Below, piece by piece: positions 61,236 to 64,000 of a stretch of 64,000 bases of DNA (the stretch's first letter is position 1; every line of letters begins with the position of its first letter). The notes beneath the pieces were generated by a model, which worked only from the letters and a program-made list of their open reading frames with translations, did no database searches and was not told the DNA's origin. The DNA is taken from contig CACKAY010000001.1 in the NCBI GenBank assembly GCA_902598265.1, positions 77,511 to 141,510 of the forward strand, in the 5' to 3' direction. The DNA comes from an uncultured Pelagibacteraceae bacterium (lineage in GTDB: Bacteria > Pseudomonadota > Alphaproteobacteria > Pelagibacterales > Pelagibacteraceae). Made by a program: the position numbers and the translations under genes.

Positions 61236-63776
61236 AGCTCCACAGCATCGCTTATACTTCTTACCAGAACCACACGGGCAAGGTTCGTTTCTACTTATTT
61301 TTTTGTCAAATGCTTTTTTATAATTCTCTTTTTTTTCATCATTATCCACGTTTTTAGTTTGTGATTGAACCAAGGTTAGATTCATTAATATTGTTGTAAA
61401 ATCTAGTTTCAATCTATTTAACAAACTTTCAAACAATTGAAATGCTTCTTTTTTATATTCCACTAAAGGATCTCTTTGACCGTAAGATCTTAACCCGATA
61501 ACTTGTCTAAGTTGCTCTAAATACTGAATGTGGGATTTCCAATTTATATCAATAGTTTGTAAAAAAATTCTTTTTTCTATATCCTGGGATTGATCTTTAC
61601 CTAACAATTTTATTCTCTCCTCTCTCGAGTCTTGAAATTTTTTAACCAATGATTCCCTTAAGTCTTTATCACTACAATTTGTAAGTTCCTCTAAATATGA
61701 ATATATAAAATTTTTCCCTAAAATTGATTTAAGTTTATTTTCAAAATCAGTGCTTTTAGGATTGGACTTTTTCTTTATTTTAAGTCTAATTAGTTCATCA
61801 ATTATTTCGTTTAAAAAACTATTAGAATAATCAAAAATTGTGTCACTATTCATGGCATCTTCTCTTTGACTAAAGATTACATTTCTTTGGTCATTTAAAA
61901 CGTTATCGAATTTAATTAATGTTTTTCTTATATCAAAATTTCGAGCCTCTACCTTTTGCTGAGCTCTCTCTAAAGCTTTGTTTATCCAAGGATGATCAAT
62001 ACTTTCTCCATCTTTAAGACCAAGTTTTTGTAATATATTATTCATTGACTCTGATCCAAAAATTCTCATTAAATCATCTTCAAGACTTACATAAAAGATT
62101 GAACTTCCCTCATCACCTTGACGTCCCGATCTTCCTCTTGCTTGATTATCAACTCTTCGAGACTCCATTCTTTCAGTTCCAATAACAAATAATCCACCAA
62201 GTGATTTAATTTTTTCTTTATTTAACTTTAATTCTTCATCTGGAATTGAGCCTTTCTTTCCACCAAGCTGAATGTCTACTCCTCTACCAGAGATACTGGT
62301 AGTTATAATTACAGAATTTTCTTTGCCAGCGTTTGCGATTATTTCAGCTTCATTCTCATGATTTTTAGCATTAAGTACGTCATGTTTTATATTCTCTTTG
62401 TTTAATAGATTTGAGTATATTTCAGATTTGTTAATACTAGAGGTAAATACCAATAGAGGTTGACCTTTTTGGTGGCACTCTTTTATCATTTTAATGATAG
62501 CATTATTTTTTTCAGTCTCTGTTCTAAATATTTGGTCATTAAAATCATTTCTTATCATTTTTTTATTAGTTGGAATGACAACTACAGGAAGATTATATAT
62601 TTCGTAAAATTCTTGAGATTCTGTTACTGCTGTTCCAGTACAACCAGAAATTTTATCATACAATTTAAAATAATTTTGATAAGTAATTGAAGCTAAAGTT
62701 TGATTTTCAACTTTTATAGGAATTCTCTCTTTTGCTTCTAAAGCTTGATGAAGTCCATCACCAAATCTTCTTCCTTCAAGAATTCTACCGGTTAATTCAT
62801 CTATAATTTTCAACTCATCATCTTGAATGATGTAATCTTTACCTTTTTGAAATAAATGATTTGCTCGTAAAGCTTGATTTACATGGTGGACCAAACTCAA
62901 GTTTTCAGGATCATAAAAGTTATTATTTTTTAAAATTCCTGCATTTGAAAAAATATTTTCAATGTTATTTATTCCTTCATTAGTTAAAAGTACATTTTTG
63001 TCTTTTTCATCTATTTCATAATCTTTTTCTTTCAAAAATTTGATTAATTTATCAATAGCCAAATATTGTGTTGTTCTATCCTCTGCTGCTCCAGAAATAA
63101 TTAGTGGTGTTCTGGCCTCATCAATTAAACAGGAGTCTATTTCATCAACTATAGCAAAAAAGTGTTCCCGTTGTACCATTTCATCTTTTGAAAATTTCAT
63201 GTTATCTCTTAAATAATCGAAGCCTAATTCACTATTAGTTGCATAAGTGATGTCAGAATTATAATTTTGCTTCCTTTGAAAGTCGTCTTGATCATTGTTT
63301 ATGTAACCAGATGTTAATCCTAAAAAGTTATAAATCTCGCCCATTTCTTGAGAGTCTCTTTTAGCAAGGTAATCATTTACAGTTACGATATGAACCCCTT
63401 TTTCATGAAGAGCATTAAGATATGCAGCAAGAGTAATAGTGAGCGTTTTTCCTTCACCAGTTTTCATTTCAGCAATTTTAGACTCCTGTAGGACTATTCC
63501 GCCTACTAACTGTACATCGAAATGTCTTTCTCCTCTTTTTCTTCTTGAGGCTTCCCTGACTAATGCGAAAGCTTCAGGTAATATCTGCTCAATTTTTTCT
63601 CCTTTTTTAATTTTTTCTTTAAATTCGATAGTTTTTTTTGGAAAGTCCTCATCTTTTAAATTTTTGATTTCTTCTTCTAATGAATTAATTTTGTTTACAA
63701 TTTTAGCAATTCTATCAAGTTCTCTTTGATTATTGGATTTAATTAGTTTTGAGAAAAAGTTAAGTGGATTTAGCAT
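61230..63776 (-). CDS. secA: Protein translocase subunit SecA
   Basis: MKTGEGKT, VTVNDYLA, DEID, ARTPLIISG, NQARGRSGRQGD, SEC-C motif CPCGSGKKYKRCC. Confidence 0.97.
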   Translation of the reverse strand: MLNPLNFFSKLIKSNNQRELDRIAKIVNKINSLEEEIKNLKDEDFPKKTIEFKEKIKKGEKIEQILPEAFALVREASRRKRGERHFDVQLVGGIVLQESKIAEMKTGEGKTLTITLAAYLNALHEKGVHIVTVNDYLAKRDSQEMGEIYNFLGLTSGYINNDQDDFQRKQNYNSDITYATNSELGFDYLRDNMKFSKDEMVQREHFFAIVDEIDSCLIDEARTPLIISGAAEDRTTQYLAIDKLIKFLKEKDYEIDEKDKNVLLTNEGINNIENIFSNAGILKNNNFYDPENLSLVHHVNQALRANHLFQKGKDYIIQDDELKIIDELTGRILEGRRFGDGLHQALEAKERIPIKVENQTLASITYQNYFKLYDKISGCTGTAVTESQEFYEIYNLPVVVIPTNKKMIRNDFNDQIFRTETEKNNAIIKMIKECHQKGQPLLVFTSSINKSEIYSNLLNKENIKHDVLNAKNHENEAEIIANAGKENSVIITTSISGRGVDIQLGGKKGSIPDEELKLNKEKIKSLGGLFVIGTERMESRRVDNQARGRSGRQGDEGSSIFYVSLEDDLMRIFGSESMNNILQKLGLKDGESIDHPWINKALERAQQKVEARNFDIRKTLIKFDNVLNDQRNVIFSQREDAMNSDTIFDYSNSFLNEIIDELIRLKIKKKSNPKSTDFENKLKSILGKNFIYSYLEELTNCSDKDLRESLVKKFQDSREERIKLLGKDQSQDIEKRIFLQTIDINWKSHIQYLEQLRQVIGLRSYGQRDPLVEYKKEAFQLFESLLNRLKLDFTTILMNLTLVQSQTKNVDNDEKKENYKKAFDKKISRNEPCPCGSGKKYKRCCGAL

Positions 63777-63841
63777 CAATTTTTGATTTATTATTTACTT
63801 ATAACCATTTATATAATCATTAAATAATTATTTTAAATAGA

Positions 63842-64000
63842 ATGGGTATTAATTTAACAAATTTTCTATCATCTAAATCAAAAAGCAAGAGATTAAACGA
63901 ATTTCAAGATCTTGATCATATTGATGGTGTAGCAATTTCTACGATTAGTGCTGACTTATATAATAGTTCTCGAGATGATTTAGTCATGTTTTACTTTAGA
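63842..64000 (+). CDS. argJ: Ornithine acetyltransferase ArgJ, 3' partial
   Basis: MGINLTNFLSS...IDGVAISTISADLY...RDDLVMFYFR runs off the window end. Divergent from secA, as is typical in alphaproteobacteria. Confidence 0.6.
   Translation, partial: MGINLTNFLSSKSKSKRLNEFQDLDHIDGVAISTISADLYNSSRDDLVMFYFR

Overview
Very AT-rich, gene-dense, streamlined alphaproteobacterial DNA. Gene content and order strongly suggest SAR11/Pelagibacteraceae, an inference from synteny, compaction and tRNA features. Bases 1-3810 are the end of a surface-glycan accessory island (GT17, epimerase, two methyltransferases, GT4) that abuts tRNA-Ser(GGA). The rest is core chromosome: gyrB, regB, cobT/cobS/J-domain/bolA, aroBK, def-fmt-truA, a SET-domain gene and an HDAC gene, dapED, argB, yidC-yidD-rnpA-rpmH, dcd-murA-hisD-infA, cspA, hisS-hisZ-hisG, trxA, folC-accD-trpABF-pyrF-ihfB-rpsA-cmk-aroA-lptBC-kdsD-rnd, gcrA, argDF, cytochrome c, kdsB-pheA, SRP RNA-dnaX-ybaB-recR, glcB, accA, secA and the start of argJ. 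Four tRNAs, the SRP RNA and five ORFs shorter than 60 aa that the ORF track missed were read directly from the sequence. Best leads: (1) a His-rich leader peptide upstream of a non-canonical tRNA-His that ends 4 nt before hisS-hisZ-hisG; (2) a three-nuclease cassette (RmuC, an MGME1/phage-like PD-(D/E)xK exonuclease, ExoI) at the position where addAB usually lies; (3) a SET methyltransferase plus deacetylase pair at the end of the dap run; (4) an E. coli-like A_AAA_AAG/Glu/stop signal in dnaX; (5) catalytic-motif substitutions in TrpB, Cmk and GyrB, and a tail anchor on AccA. No CRISPR array, integrase or transposase was seen. All calls are by eye, with no database searches.
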